The position numbers and the translations under genes were made by a program. From Collinsella sp. (GTDB lineage Bacteria; Actinomycetota; Coriobacteriia; Coriobacteriales; Coriobacteriaceae): a stretch of DNA of 64,000 nucleotides. The stretch covers positions 19,334 to 83,333 of the forward strand of contig DBFADZ010000039.1 of assembly GCA_048195375.1 (NCBI GenBank), in the 5' to 3' direction. Positions 54,886 to 64,000 of this stretch are shown here, one piece after another (within the stretch, counting starts at the first letter, position 1; every line of letters begins with the position of its first letter). The notes under the pieces were generated by a model that saw nothing but the letters and a program-made list of their open reading frames with translations, searched no databases and had not been told where the DNA came from.

Positions 54886-56190
54886 CTACTGGTTGTCAGC
54901 AGCCGAGAAATCCATATCGAGCGAGGAAACGGCCCAGCCGATATGATTGTCGGAGCGCACGAATTTGACGGTGTACTCCTGCTCGCCGCCCTTGGACAGC
55001 GATGCCTTCACCTTAGCGGTCGTCTCGGTCATGGACTGATCCATGCCCTCGACGGACACGGTGGCGCCCTGCGGAATCGAGGAGATGATCATCGACTTGG
55101 CGTCCTCGGACAGGCTCGAGGCCAGGCAAGACTCGGCCTTTGCGGTGTCACCGTCGCCGGCAGCCTGGAACAGATCGGTGATAACCGACTCCTGCGAGGG
55201 GAAGCCAAAGCCGCGCGTGTAGGCAAAGCCCAGACCGCCCGCAGCAATCAAAATGAGCAGAAGCAGCACGATGAAGACCTTGAGACCCGTGTGGCGATGG
55301 CGACGACGGACCTTGGCCTGCTTACGATCCTGACGGTCCTGCTGGACCATCTCGGACTCGGACAGCGTAAAGAAGCCGGTGTCCGAGGGATCGGGCATAA
55401 ACTGACCGGTCGCGCCCGTAGGATCGAGCGGATCGACGGCAGGAGCGTCCATCGCGGGCGCCGGAGCCGTGGCCATAGCCGTCTGGGCAGACAGCGCGGC
55501 AAGCGAATCATGCACGCGGGCAAGCTCATCGGCCTGCTCGGAGGTGAGCTGGTAGATGCCATCGGCAGTAGCGGCGTTAAAGGCGTCGAGTGCGTCGGAG
55601 GGGCGGCCGGCGGCAGAAAGTGCCTGACCCATGCCGGCGTTGAGCGCACGCGTGTCGTCGCGGGGGCCGGCAAAGTCGATAGCCGTGCGGTAGGTCTCCA
55701 CGGCATCCGCCGGACGGCCAAGCTTAATGAAGCAACGACCGAGCTCGCCGAGCGCGGCGGCAGGAGCCGGATTGGCGCCGTCGATGGCAGCCTGACGGAA
55801 GGCAGTACCCGCGTTGGCATAGTCGCCCGACTGGAACAGCGCGTTACCCAGGCCCAGATAGGCCTTGAACGGCGTGGCATAGGAAGCATCCTGCGTAGCG
55901 GCAGAAAACGCCTGGGCGGCCGTCGTGTAGTCGCCCACGGCGGCGAGCGCCTTGCCGCGGTTGGTGAGCAGCGCGCCGCGCTTGCCATAGGTGCCGTCGT
56001 TGAGGGCGGCGGCATAGGCCTCGGCGGCCTCGGCATACATGCCCAGGTGCATCAAGGCGTTGCCACGAAGATGATCGGCCTCGCCCATAATCTCATCGGG
56101 AGTTTTTGCCGCCCCAAGCATCTGGGCTGCAGCGGAAAAATCACCCGCGCGGTAAGCGGCGCGGCCCTGTTGGATCAGCTGGCTATTCAA
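54886..56190 (-). CDS. Membrane-anchored tetratricopeptide repeat protein
   Basis: About 6 TPR-like repeats (RGNAL, RGKAL, LGNAL, LGRCF, MGQAL), linker, RRRHRH plus TM, small C-terminal domain. Confidence 0.8.
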   Translation of the reverse strand: MNSQLIQQGRAAYRAGDFSAAAQMLGAAKTPDEIMGEADHLRGNALMHLGMYAEAAEAYAAALNDGTYGKRGALLTNRGKALAAVGDYTTAAQAFSAATQDASYATPFKAYLGLGNALFQSGDYANAGTAFRQAAIDGANPAPAAALGELGRCFIKLGRPADAVETYRTAIDFAGPRDDTRALNAGMGQALSAAGRPSDALDAFNAATADGIYQLTSEQADELARVHDSLAALSAQTAMATAPAPAMDAPAVDPLDPTGATGQFMPDPSDTGFFTLSESEMVQQDRQDRKQAKVRRRHRHTGLKVFIVLLLLILIAAGGLGFAYTRGFGFPSQESVITDLFQAAGDGDTAKAESCLASSLSEDAKSMIISSIPQGATVSVEGMDQSMTETTAKVKASLSKGGEQEYTVKFVRSDNHIGWAVSSLDMDFSAADNQ

Positions 56191-56201
56191 GGAAGTCCCC
56201 T

Positions 56202-56744
56202 TTACTCGTGAACGATCTCGACATGGACGATCTCGTCGCCGGCACGCAGCTGCGAAATCACATCGAGACCCTCGACCGTGGTACCAAAGACGGTGTACCC
56301 GGAATCGAGGTTATGCTGGGCACCCAAGCAGAAGTAGAACTGCGAACCCGCGGAATCGGGGTCCATGGAGCGTGCCATGGCAAGGGCACCATCGACATGG
56401 CTGTTGCGCGGATTGGTGGCAAACTCGCCCTTGATGCAGTAGCCGGGGCCACCGGTACCGGGCATGCCGTCGGGGCCCTCAAGACCGGCAGCGACGTCAG
56501 CGCCGGACATATCGCGGGTATTGGGGTCGCCGCCCTGAATGACAAAACCGGGCACATAGCGATGGAATTTAAGGCCATCATAGAAACCCATCGTGGAAAG
56601 CTCGCAGAAGTTCGCGACATGAATGGGAGCGCCCTCACCGTCAAACTTGACCTTGATGGTACCCTTCGACGTCTCGATAACGGCGCACTCGTCGCCGGCA
56701 AGCTGATACTCGGGCGTGTAGAGCTCTTTCTTAAAACCAAACAT
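56202..56744 (-). CDS. Cyclophilin-type peptidyl-prolyl isomerase
   Basis: FYDGLKFHRYVPGFVIQGGDP, ALAMAR..PDSAGSQFY, YTVFG. Confidence 0.94.
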   Translation of the reverse strand: MFGFKKELYTPEYQLAGDECAVIETSKGTIKVKFDGEGAPIHVANFCELSTMGFYDGLKFHRYVPGFVIQGGDPNTRDMSGADVAAGLEGPDGMPGTGGPGYCIKGEFATNPRNSHVDGALAMARSMDPDSAGSQFYFCLGAQHNLDSGYTVFGTTVEGLDVISQLRAGDEIVHVEIVHE

Positions 56745-56851
56745 GTGGTTCCTTCCTCGTGCGTTTAAAGCATATTTGTACGAATTGTAGCAATAAGCAT
56801 GCGCTTACATCAATTGCGCACGTAGGTTATGCCGACTATGGCGAACTAATT

Positions 56852-57994
56852 TTAGGAACGCTGCTGCGGCTTCCAGGAGCCCACGTTGGCGTCGTACTGA
56901 TTCAGCGCGCTGTTGCCGCCCTGCGCGATGGGCGCCAGGATCTCGCTTTGGTGGGAACTCATCGACTCACCATCAGGAATGGCCAGCGAGATGTCCCAGC
57001 TCTGACAGATCACGTCGACACGCTCGTACATCCACTCGGCAAGCTGCTTTAAGTGGGCGATGTCGTCCGCATAGACCGTATCGTCCTGATACTTAAGGTT
57101 GTTAAGCTCATCTTGCGTCTTTTTGATCTGGTCGCGCAGGGCGTAGGCACTCTGCGACAGCTCCTGGCGGGTGGACAGCGGCGTTCGGAGATAGCCGTTG
57201 TTAAAGGAATCGATGACCTCGCCGATCTGGTCCTCATCACCGTAGGACACGATGGTCTGATACAGACCGTCGAGTCTGGTATAGAGCTGATCATCGGTGA
57301 GCACGGTTTCTTCCTGGACCACCTCGGCAGAATCGTCCTGCTTGGTATCGTCCTCAGTCGCCTCGCCCTTTTGGCGCGTGGGGAAGGTCGTCTGCGCAGC
57401 CTGGCCAAACTGGTCGTAGAAGGCAGGCATGACACCCATGGGATCGGCCGTCACGAACCAATAGGCACCGCCGCAAACGACGGCAAGGACCGCGATGACG
57501 ATGAGCGGCTTGGGGATATGACGCTTGTGCTTGTGATAGGCGTCCTCGTCGGGATGCACCTTGCGCTTGGGTTTTTGAGCATCGTCATGCAGGGAAACGG
57601 GCGTGGGAATATCGACCTTGGGGATACCGAAATCCTTATCGAAAGCCGGCAGCACGCAGGTCTCGTTAGGATCGGCGGCGTCCGAAAGAACCGCGGCAGC
57701 CGAGGCGGGCGCATGAGGCACCTCGGTATCGATCTGCTCTTGCGTTAGGCGCGGAAAGCCCGCCGTGCGGCCCGCTGCCAGGTCGGATGCGGCCGCGTCC
57801 TCGGAGAGGATACCCGGAGCAGGGCGTCCGCATTTTGGGCACGTGCGATCATGCGGAGAAAGACGGGCACCGCAGCCCTCACAGAACACGAACTCGGTGT
57901 GCTCGGGACCATCGCCCGGACCCACATAGGCGTTGCAGTAGGGGCAGAACGAGGCGCCGTCCTCGATAGTCTTAAGGCAATGCGGGCAGATCAC
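56852..57994 (-). CDS. Double zinc-ribbon membrane protein
   Basis: CPHC..CPYC..CEGC..CPKC, linker, single TM, helical C-terminal domain; GTG start 57994 with GAGGA RBS. Confidence 0.75.
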   Translation of the reverse strand: MICPHCLKTIEDGASFCPYCNAYVGPGDGPEHTEFVFCEGCGARLSPHDRTCPKCGRPAPGILSEDAAASDLAAGRTAGFPRLTQEQIDTEVPHAPASAAAVLSDAADPNETCVLPAFDKDFGIPKVDIPTPVSLHDDAQKPKRKVHPDEDAYHKHKRHIPKPLIVIAVLAVVCGGAYWFVTADPMGVMPAFYDQFGQAAQTTFPTRQKGEATEDDTKQDDSAEVVQEETVLTDDQLYTRLDGLYQTIVSYGDEDQIGEVIDSFNNGYLRTPLSTRQELSQSAYALRDQIKKTQDELNNLKYQDDTVYADDIAHLKQLAEWMYERVDVICQSWDISLAIPDGESMSSHQSEILAPIAQGGNSALNQYDANVGSWKPQQRS

Positions 57995-58097
57995 GGCATC
58001 CTCTTTTCGAAGCAATTCAAACAATCGAGGTTAGAGCATAACATCGCCACGGCCCCACAGGAACAAGGCACCAATTCAACATCGCCAGGGCGCGTAG

Positions 58098-60821
58098 CTA
58101 CTTCTTCTTTTTGCTTGGCATCGAGACTTTGATGCCTTGGGCGGACTTGGTCACACGAGAGCGCTTAGCTCCGGTACTCTTCTTTTTCTTGGGCTGGGCC
58201 TGGGCCACGCCCTCGAGTGCGCGGGCCTCGGCCTCGCGAGCGGTGCGATCTTCGCGGCGCTGCGCCATGTCGGCGGCGACGCGCTTGGCAAAACGTTCGG
58301 CCGTCGAGCCCGTCGAGCTCACCTTGCCGCCACCGCGACCCAGGCGGACGCGCACACCGCGGCCAAAACCAGTTGCGGCATGACGACGACGCGGCTTGAG
58401 CGAATCCATCATCGTGCCGAGCTTAAAGAACACCGAGCAGGTAAAGACCACGATAACAGCCAAGATAACCATCTGACCCATCGACAGGTTGGCGATGGAC
58501 AGCAGCCCCGGGAACCCGATAACGCCCACCAAGATGCCGGCGACTACAAACACAAAGAGCACCACACGTAAGGGCGTGAGCGGCTGCGAGATCCGCCAGA
58601 TCAGGCTGACGCTCGCCGCGCACGACGTAAGCAGGCACATCGTAGACAGCGTGAGCTGGCTAAAGCCAAACACGCGCGCCACAAAGATATCAAGCGCCGC
58701 AGCCAAAATGACCGCAATCGACGCCGGCAGTGCACGCTTGAGTACGTTGGTCAAAAACGCACCCTTCACGCGAGCATTGTTGGGCTCAAGGCCCAACACA
58801 AAGCCCGGCGCGCCGATGCAGAAGAAGTTGATGAGCGTCATCTGGATGGGCTCGAAGGGGTACGGCGGCAGCGCGATGCACAGCGCCGCCAGACCCATCG
58901 AGAACAGCGTCTTGGTCAGGAACAGCGAGGCCGAACGCTGCAGGTTGTTGATGGAGCGACGACCCTCGGCCACCACGGCGGGCATCGAGGCAAAGTCGTT
59001 GTCGACGAGTACGATCTCGGCCACGTTGCGCGCGGCATCGGAGCCGGCCGCCATGGCAACGGAGCAGTCGGCCTCCTTGAGAGCCAGCACGTCGTTGACG
59101 CCGTCGCCCGTCATGGCCACGGTGTGCTCGCGGCGCTTGAGCGCCTGCACGAGCTCGCGCTTCTGCTGCGGGGTCACACGACCAAAGACATGGTAGCGGT
59201 CCACTGCGGCATCGAGCTTGGCCGGCGTATCGAGCGTCGTGGCGTCCACATAAGCGTCCGCCCCCGGCACGCCCACCACGCGCGCGATCGACGACACCGT
59301 ACGCGGGTCGTCGCCACTGATCACGTTGAGGGTCACGCCCTGCTCGTTAAAGTAGCCGATGGTCTCGGCCGCCGAGGTACGAATCTCGTCGCGGATGGTC
59401 ACAAAGCCCACGGGCTCGGCCTCTCCCACCATATCGCCATCGGGCGTAAAGCCGTCCACGCGCGCCACCACGAGCACGCGGCAGGTATCGGCAAGCTCGG
59501 CGACACGGTTCTCGACCTGCGAAAACACACGCTCCGAAAGCACAAACTGCGCGGCGCCCATCACATAGGAGCCCTGCGCAAACGAAGCGCCACTCCATTT
59601 TTTTGACGACGAGAACGGAATGACCGACAGCGGTTCAGACACCTCGACCGGGCGATCGGCGTAATAGTTGAGCAGCGCCTGGCAGGTCTCGTTGGCATCG
59701 GCCGAAGTCGCACGTGCCACGTTAGCCAGCGCAAAATCGAGCACCGTGGTATCGACGGGAACGGCCGCCTCGTCCGGGCCGGCGCCTAGGCTCACGCCCT
59801 CAACCGGCAGCGGATACGTGCCCTCGACCTCCATGCGGCCCGACGTGATGGTGCCCGTCTTGTCCAGGCACAGCACGTCGACGCGAGCGAGCGTCTCGAT
59901 GCAGTAGAGCTGCTGTGCCAGCACCTTGCGGCGGGCCAAGCGCACCGTAGCGATGGCGAGCATCGACGAGGTCAGCAGCACCAGGCCTTGCGGGATCATG
60001 CCCAGCAGGGCGCCCACCGTGGACAGCAGCGCCGACGAAGGCACATGACCAGCCAACAGCTCGGAGAAGCACCACGAAAGCGCGCTATCGCCCGGGGTTC
60101 CCGCGGCATCCCACAGCTCGCTCACACTCGAGGCAAACAACGCCAAACCGAGCGGGATCATGATGATGCTCGCAAAGCGCACGATGGCGTTAAGCGCGTT
60201 CATGATCTCGGAATTGACCTTTTTGACGTACTTGGCCTCGTTATTAATTTTGGCCACGTAGTTGTCGGCGCCGACATGGATCACGCGGGCGCGCAGCAGA
60301 CCCGAGTCGATAAAGCTGCCGCTCATGAGCTCGGAACCGGGCTGTTTCTTGATAAGGTCGCTCTCGCCCGTCAGCAAGCTCTCGTTCACGAGAGCCTCGC
60401 CCGAAACCACCACGGCATCAGCGGGAATCTGGTCGCCGCGCCCCAGGCGGATGATGTCGTCGAGCACGATCTGGTCCAGGTCGAGCTCCACCTCGGCGCC
60501 GTCGCGCACCGCGATGGCCTTCTTGGAGGTCAACAGCGTGAGCTTATCGACCATCTTCTTGGAACGCATGGACTGGATGACGCCAATAGCGGTATTGAGG
60601 AACACCACGAACAGGAACGTCAGATTCTTAAACGAACCGGTCAAAATAACCAGGAACGCCAAGATCACGTTGATCAAATTGAACAGCGTGCAGAGGTTCT
60701 CGATGATGAGCTCTTTGACCGACTTGGTCTTGAGCTCCATGCTGCGGTTGATCTTACCGGCGGCGATGCGCTCCTCGACCTCGGCGGTCGAGAGTCCGCG
60801 CTCGATATCCGTTGCTGCCAT
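58098..60821 (-). CDS. Cation-translocating P-type ATPase (CtpE-like)
   Basis: LTGES, DKTGT, ISGD, FGRVTP.QK, TGDGVND. Confidence 0.92.
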   Translation of the reverse strand: MAATDIERGLSTAEVEERIAAGKINRSMELKTKSVKELIIENLCTLFNLINVILAFLVILTGSFKNLTFLFVVFLNTAIGVIQSMRSKKMVDKLTLLTSKKAIAVRDGAEVELDLDQIVLDDIIRLGRGDQIPADAVVVSGEALVNESLLTGESDLIKKQPGSELMSGSFIDSGLLRARVIHVGADNYVAKINNEAKYVKKVNSEIMNALNAIVRFASIIMIPLGLALFASSVSELWDAAGTPGDSALSWCFSELLAGHVPSSALLSTVGALLGMIPQGLVLLTSSMLAIATVRLARRKVLAQQLYCIETLARVDVLCLDKTGTITSGRMEVEGTYPLPVEGVSLGAGPDEAAVPVDTTVLDFALANVARATSADANETCQALLNYYADRPVEVSEPLSVIPFSSSKKWSGASFAQGSYVMGAAQFVLSERVFSQVENRVAELADTCRVLVVARVDGFTPDGDMVGEAEPVGFVTIRDEIRTSAAETIGYFNEQGVTLNVISGDDPRTVSSIARVVGVPGADAYVDATTLDTPAKLDAAVDRYHVFGRVTPQQKRELVQALKRREHTVAMTGDGVNDVLALKEADCSVAMAAGSDAARNVAEIVLVDNDFASMPAVVAEGRRSINNLQRSASLFLTKTLFSMGLAALCIALPPYPFEPIQMTLINFFCIGAPGFVLGLEPNNARVKGAFLTNVLKRALPASIAVILAAALDIFVARVFGFSQLTLSTMCLLTSCAASVSLIWRISQPLTPLRVVLFVFVVAGILVGVIGFPGLLSIANLSMGQMVILAVIVVFTCSVFFKLGTMMDSLKPRRRHAATGFGRGVRVRLGRGGGKVSSTGSTAERFAKRVAADMAQRREDRTAREAEARALEGVAQAQPKKKKSTGAKRSRVTKSAQGIKVSMPSKKKK

Positions 60822-60897
60822 ACCACGTCCCATCACGTCGCGTCGGTATAAGAAAAACCGCCCGGACCATGCGAGGCTCGGACGGTCTTACGTTCGA

Positions 60898-60974
60898 TGG
60901 TGCCCCATGTTGGATTCGAACCAACGGCCTTCTGCTCCGGAGGCAGACGCTCTAATCCCCTGAGCTAATAGGGC
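60898..60974 (-). tRNA. tRNA-Arg (anticodon CCG)
   Basis: GCCCTATTAGCTCAGGGGATTAGAGCG-TCTGC-CT-CCG-GA-GCAGA...GTTGG-TTCGAAT-CCAAC-ATGGGGC-ACCA folds as a cloverleaf with encoded CCA. Confidence 0.96.
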
Positions 60975-60985
60975 CAACGTTTGGC

Positions 60986-61015
60986 ATTATACCCAAGTGC
61001 ACCACGGGCTATCAA
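60986..61015 (-). promoter_or_regulatory. Sigma70-type promoter of tRNA-Arg
   Basis: TTGATA-18 nt-TATAAT on the minus strand, 11 nt upstream of the tRNA. Confidence 0.7.
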
Positions 61016-61120
61016 AATAAAAGAAAAAGCTTTGCAATTACGTGGGAGACGCGGTGCAACGGCCCACTTTAGAAGGCAAAAGCGAGTCAGATAGTATAAA
61101 CTTTCATGCACCATATATAC

Positions 61121-61145
61121 ACGGCTCGCAATGCGGGCCGTTTTT
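61121..61145 (+). terminator. Terminator-like hairpin in the aroF leader
   Basis: acggctcgc/gcgggccgt stem followed by a T-run, about 35 nt before the aroF ATG. Confidence 0.5.
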
Positions 61146-61178
61146 GCAAAAGTTATCCATCGAGGTGAGAGGCACACC

Positions 61179-62201
61179 ATGATTGCAATTCTAAAGCAGA
61201 GCGCCAGCGACGAGGCCGTCAGCCATATCGTCAGCTGGATTGAGAAAAAAGGCCTGAAGACCGACGTCTCGCGCGGCGAGAACGAGACGATTATCGGCCT
61301 GGTGGGCGATACGACCAAGATCGACCCGTTCCTGCTCGAGTCCATGGACGTCGTCGAGCGCGTGCAGCGCGTCTCCGAGCCTTTTAAGCGTGCCAACCGT
61401 AAGTTCCACCCCGAGGACTCCGTCATCGACTGCGGTCACGGCGTCAAGATCGGCGGCGACCAGTTCCAAGTCATCGCCGGCCCCTGCTCCGTCGAGGGCG
61501 AGAACCTCATTCGCATCGCACGCCGCGTGAAGGCCGCCGGCGCCACGATGCTGCGCGGCGGTGCCTACAAGCCCCGCACCTCCCCCTACGCCTACCAGGG
61601 CATGGGCCCCGCCGGCCTCGACCTGCTGTGCGAGGCGTCTGCCGAGCTCGACATGCCGATTGTCACCGAGATCATGGACCCACGCGACGTGCAGGTCTTC
61701 CTTGACAAGAAGATTGACGTCATGCAAATCGGCGCCCGCAACGCCCAGAACTTCCCCCTGCTCAAGGAGGTCGGCAAGACCCAGACCCCAATTCTGCTCA
61801 AGCGCGGCATGTCCGGCACGATCGACGAGCTGCTTATGGCAGCCGAGTACATCATGAGCGAGGGCAACGACAACGTCATCCTGTGCGAGCGCGGTATCCG
61901 CACCTTCGAGACCCGCACCCGCAATACCTTCGACCTCAACGCCGTGCCGGTTCTGCACCACCTGTCGCACCTGCCCGTCGTCGCCGACCCCAGCCACGCC
62001 ACCGGCTACACCCGCTACGTTGAGCCCATGGCGCTCGCCGCGACCGCCTGCGGCGCCAACGGCCTGGAGATCGAGGTCCACGACGAGCCCAGCCGCGCAT
62101 GGTCCGACGGCGCTCAGGCCCTCACCCCCGACCAGTTCGACGACACCATGCGCCGCATTCGCGCCATCCGCGAGGTCGTCTGCCAAGAGACCATGGAGTA
62201 G
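61179..62201 (+). CDS. aroF: DAHP synthase (type I-beta, N-terminal ferredoxin-like regulatory domain)
   Basis: IAGPCSVE, RGGAYKPRTSPY.YQG, QIGARN.QNF, CERGIRTFE, DPSH, SDG.Q. Confidence 0.94.
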   Translation: MIAILKQSASDEAVSHIVSWIEKKGLKTDVSRGENETIIGLVGDTTKIDPFLLESMDVVERVQRVSEPFKRANRKFHPEDSVIDCGHGVKIGGDQFQVIAGPCSVEGENLIRIARRVKAAGATMLRGGAYKPRTSPYAYQGMGPAGLDLLCEASAELDMPIVTEIMDPRDVQVFLDKKIDVMQIGARNAQNFPLLKEVGKTQTPILLKRGMSGTIDELLMAAEYIMSEGNDNVILCERGIRTFETRTRNTFDLNAVPVLHHLSHLPVVADPSHATGYTRYVEPMALAATACGANGLEIEVHDEPSRAWSDGAQALTPDQFDDTMRRIRAIREVVCQETME

Positions 62202-62204
62202 CCC

Positions 62205-63119
62205 ATGGGTACGGTGAGAAACGCGCGCGTTAACCAGGGCGGCCCCAAATGCGCGGGCATCGTGGGCCTGGGCCTCATCGGCGGCAGCTTTGCCCGCTGC
62301 TATGCGCAGGCGGGCGTTCGCGTGCTGGCCTGGGACCCCGATGATGATGTCATGACGGCCGCCAGCATGGGCACTGTCGCCGGAGAGCTCAACGACGAGA
62401 CACTCGGCGAATGCGACATCATCGTCCTTGCCTGCTACCCCGAGGCCTGCATCGAGTGGCTCGAGGCGCATGCCCGGGCACTCGCCGACGCCACCGACAC
62501 CGAGGCCATCATGGGCCCCGTGGTGATCGACACGGTGGGCGTCAAGGGCATCGTGTGCGAGCGCGCCTTTGAGCTTGCCCGCGAGCACGGCTTTTACTTT
62601 GTGGGTGCGCACCCCATGGCGGGCACCCAGTTCTCGGGCTACGCGCACTCCCGCGCCGACCTGTTCCAGGGCGCCCCGCTCGTGCTCGTGCCACCCGCGG
62701 TGGACGATACGCTCAAGCTGGAGCTTTTGGGCCAGGTGCGCGAGATGGTGCGCCCCCTGGGCTTTGGCAAGTTCAGCGTGACCAGCGCCGCCGAGCACGA
62801 CCGCGTCATCGCCTTCACGAGCCAGCTTGCGCATGTGGTATCCAACGCCTACGTCAAGAGCCCCACCGCCCAGGTCCACCACGGCTTTTCGGCCGGTAGC
62901 TACCGCGATCTCACCCGCGTGGCGCACCTCAATCCTCAGATGTGGTCCGAGCTTATGATCGACGACGCCGATGCGCTCGCCTTCGAGATCGACCATCTTA
63001 TCGAATCGCTCGGCGCCTACAGCCGCGCCCTTAAGGACCGCGACCAGCGCTATCTGGAGAATCTCCTTGCCGAGGGCGACCGCATTAAGCGCGCACTCGA
63101 CGACGAAGCCTCCCACTAG
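62205..63119 (+). CDS. tyrA: Prephenate dehydrogenase
   Basis: GIVGLGLIGGS, HPMAG, HDRVIAFTSQLAH, GSYRDLTRVA...P.MW. Confidence 0.92.
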   Translation: MGTVRNARVNQGGPKCAGIVGLGLIGGSFARCYAQAGVRVLAWDPDDDVMTAASMGTVAGELNDETLGECDIIVLACYPEACIEWLEAHARALADATDTEAIMGPVVIDTVGVKGIVCERAFELAREHGFYFVGAHPMAGTQFSGYAHSRADLFQGAPLVLVPPAVDDTLKLELLGQVREMVRPLGFGKFSVTSAAEHDRVIAFTSQLAHVVSNAYVKSPTAQVHHGFSAGSYRDLTRVAHLNPQMWSELMIDDADALAFEIDHLIESLGAYSRALKDRDQRYLENLLAEGDRIKRALDDEASH

Positions 63120-63155
63120 ACCACCTATCACGCCAGGTCGAAAGGACCGAAGCTT

Positions 63156-64000
63156 ATGGCGATTACCATCGATATCGACACCGCACGCCCCTACCAGGTG
63201 CATGTTGGCACGTTTTTGCTGGAGCAGGCGGGACCGCTCGTGCGCGCCACTGCCGGCGGCACCAAGGCCGTCATCGTGACGGACACCAACGTAGGCCCGC
63301 TCTACCAGATGCCCGTTAAGCAGAGCCTGGAGGCATCAGGCTACGAGGTGAGCATCTGCACCTTCGAGGCCGGCGAGGCCCATAAGCGCGCCGAAACCTA
63401 TGTTGCCATTTTGGAGTTTGTGGCCGAGCACGAGCTTTCGCGCTCCGACGTGATCGTGGCACTCGGGGGCGGCGTCGTGGGCGATGTGGCGGGCTTTGTG
63501 GCCGCGACCTACATGCGCGGCTGCAAGTTTGTGCAGATCCCGACGAGCCTGCTCGCCATGGTGGATTCGTCGGTGGGCGGCAAGACCGCCATCGACCTGG
63601 CTGCCGGCAAGAACTTGGCCGGCGCCTTTTGGCAGCCGAGCGTGGTTATCGCCGACGTGGGGTGCCTGGCCACCCTCACGCCCGAGCAGTTCGCCGACGG
63701 CTGCGGCGAGGTCGTCAAGCACGCCGTGATCGCCGACCCGGAGCTTTTCGCCGAGCTGGAGAAGACCCCGCTCACGCTGGAGCTGCTCAACCGCGATGTG
63801 GCCCGCGTAGCACTCATCATCGCCCGCAACATCGACATCAAGCGCGCCGTGGTCGTCGCCGACGAGCACGAAACCAACCAGCGCAAGCTGCTCAACTTTG
63901 GACACAGCGCCGGACACGCCGTCGAGGCCTGCGAGCACTTTGAGCTCGGACACGGCAACTGCGTGTCGATCGGCATGGGCATCATCACGCGTGCCGCAGC
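63156..64000 (+). CDS. aroB: 3-dehydroquinate synthase (runs off the window end)
   Basis: Manual translation MAITIDID...ALGGGVVGDVAGF...PTSLLAMVDSSVGGKT...LLNFGHSAGHAVE. Confidence 0.94.
   Translation, partial: MAITIDIDTARPYQVHVGTFLLEQAGPLVRATAGGTKAVIVTDTNVGPLYQMPVKQSLEASGYEVSICTFEAGEAHKRAETYVAILEFVAEHELSRSDVIVALGGGVVGDVAGFVAATYMRGCKFVQIPTSLLAMVDSSVGGKTAIDLAAGKNLAGAFWQPSVVIADVGCLATLTPEQFADGCGEVVKHAVIADPELFAELEKTPLTLELLNRDVARVALIIARNIDIKRAVVVADEHETNQRKLLNFGHSAGHAVEACEHFELGHGNCVSIGMGIITRAA

Noticed and set aside
60836..60974. tRNA-Arg as an integration site for a genomic island
   Set aside because: No integrase nearby and no duplicate of the tRNA 3' end seen in the window

Overview
High-GC, densely coding core-genome segment, almost entirely on the minus strand. 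Gene content suggests a coriobacterium, probably Collinsella-like (inference): actinobacterial mIHF-gmk-rpoZ occurs together with Firmicutes-style pyrK/pyrD, glyQS, trmFO and adhE. In order, the window holds: the pyr operon with mihF-gmk-rpoZ-thiI; rpmB; adhE with an APH-like kinase; the rpsB-tsf-pyrH-frr-uppS-cdsA-dxr-rseP-ispG-proS cluster; yraN-comM-dprA-trmFO-xerC; rplS-rnhB; glyQS-PDRP-ppdK; rpsP-khpA-rimM-trmD-lepB; dinB; rplU-rpmA-obgE-nadD-yqeK-rsfS; a radical-SAM pair; mreBCD-pbp2-rodA; TPR, cyclophilin and Zn-ribbon membrane genes; a P-type ATPase; tRNA-Arg(CCG); and the start of an aroF-tyrA-aroB operon. I found no CRISPR array, prophage or intact transposase. The most notable signals are: a 245-bp REP-flanked relic of a RAYT (Y1/HUH) transposase that the ORF track translates only in part; a non-canonical three-hairpin attenuator before pyrR; a probable ATA start for xerC; a winged-helix-like insert inside RseP; a P-type ATPase with PQGL in place of PEGL; the adhE-kinase pairing; and a candidate leader-peptide attenuator before aroF. 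All calls come from motif recognition by eye, with no database searches run.
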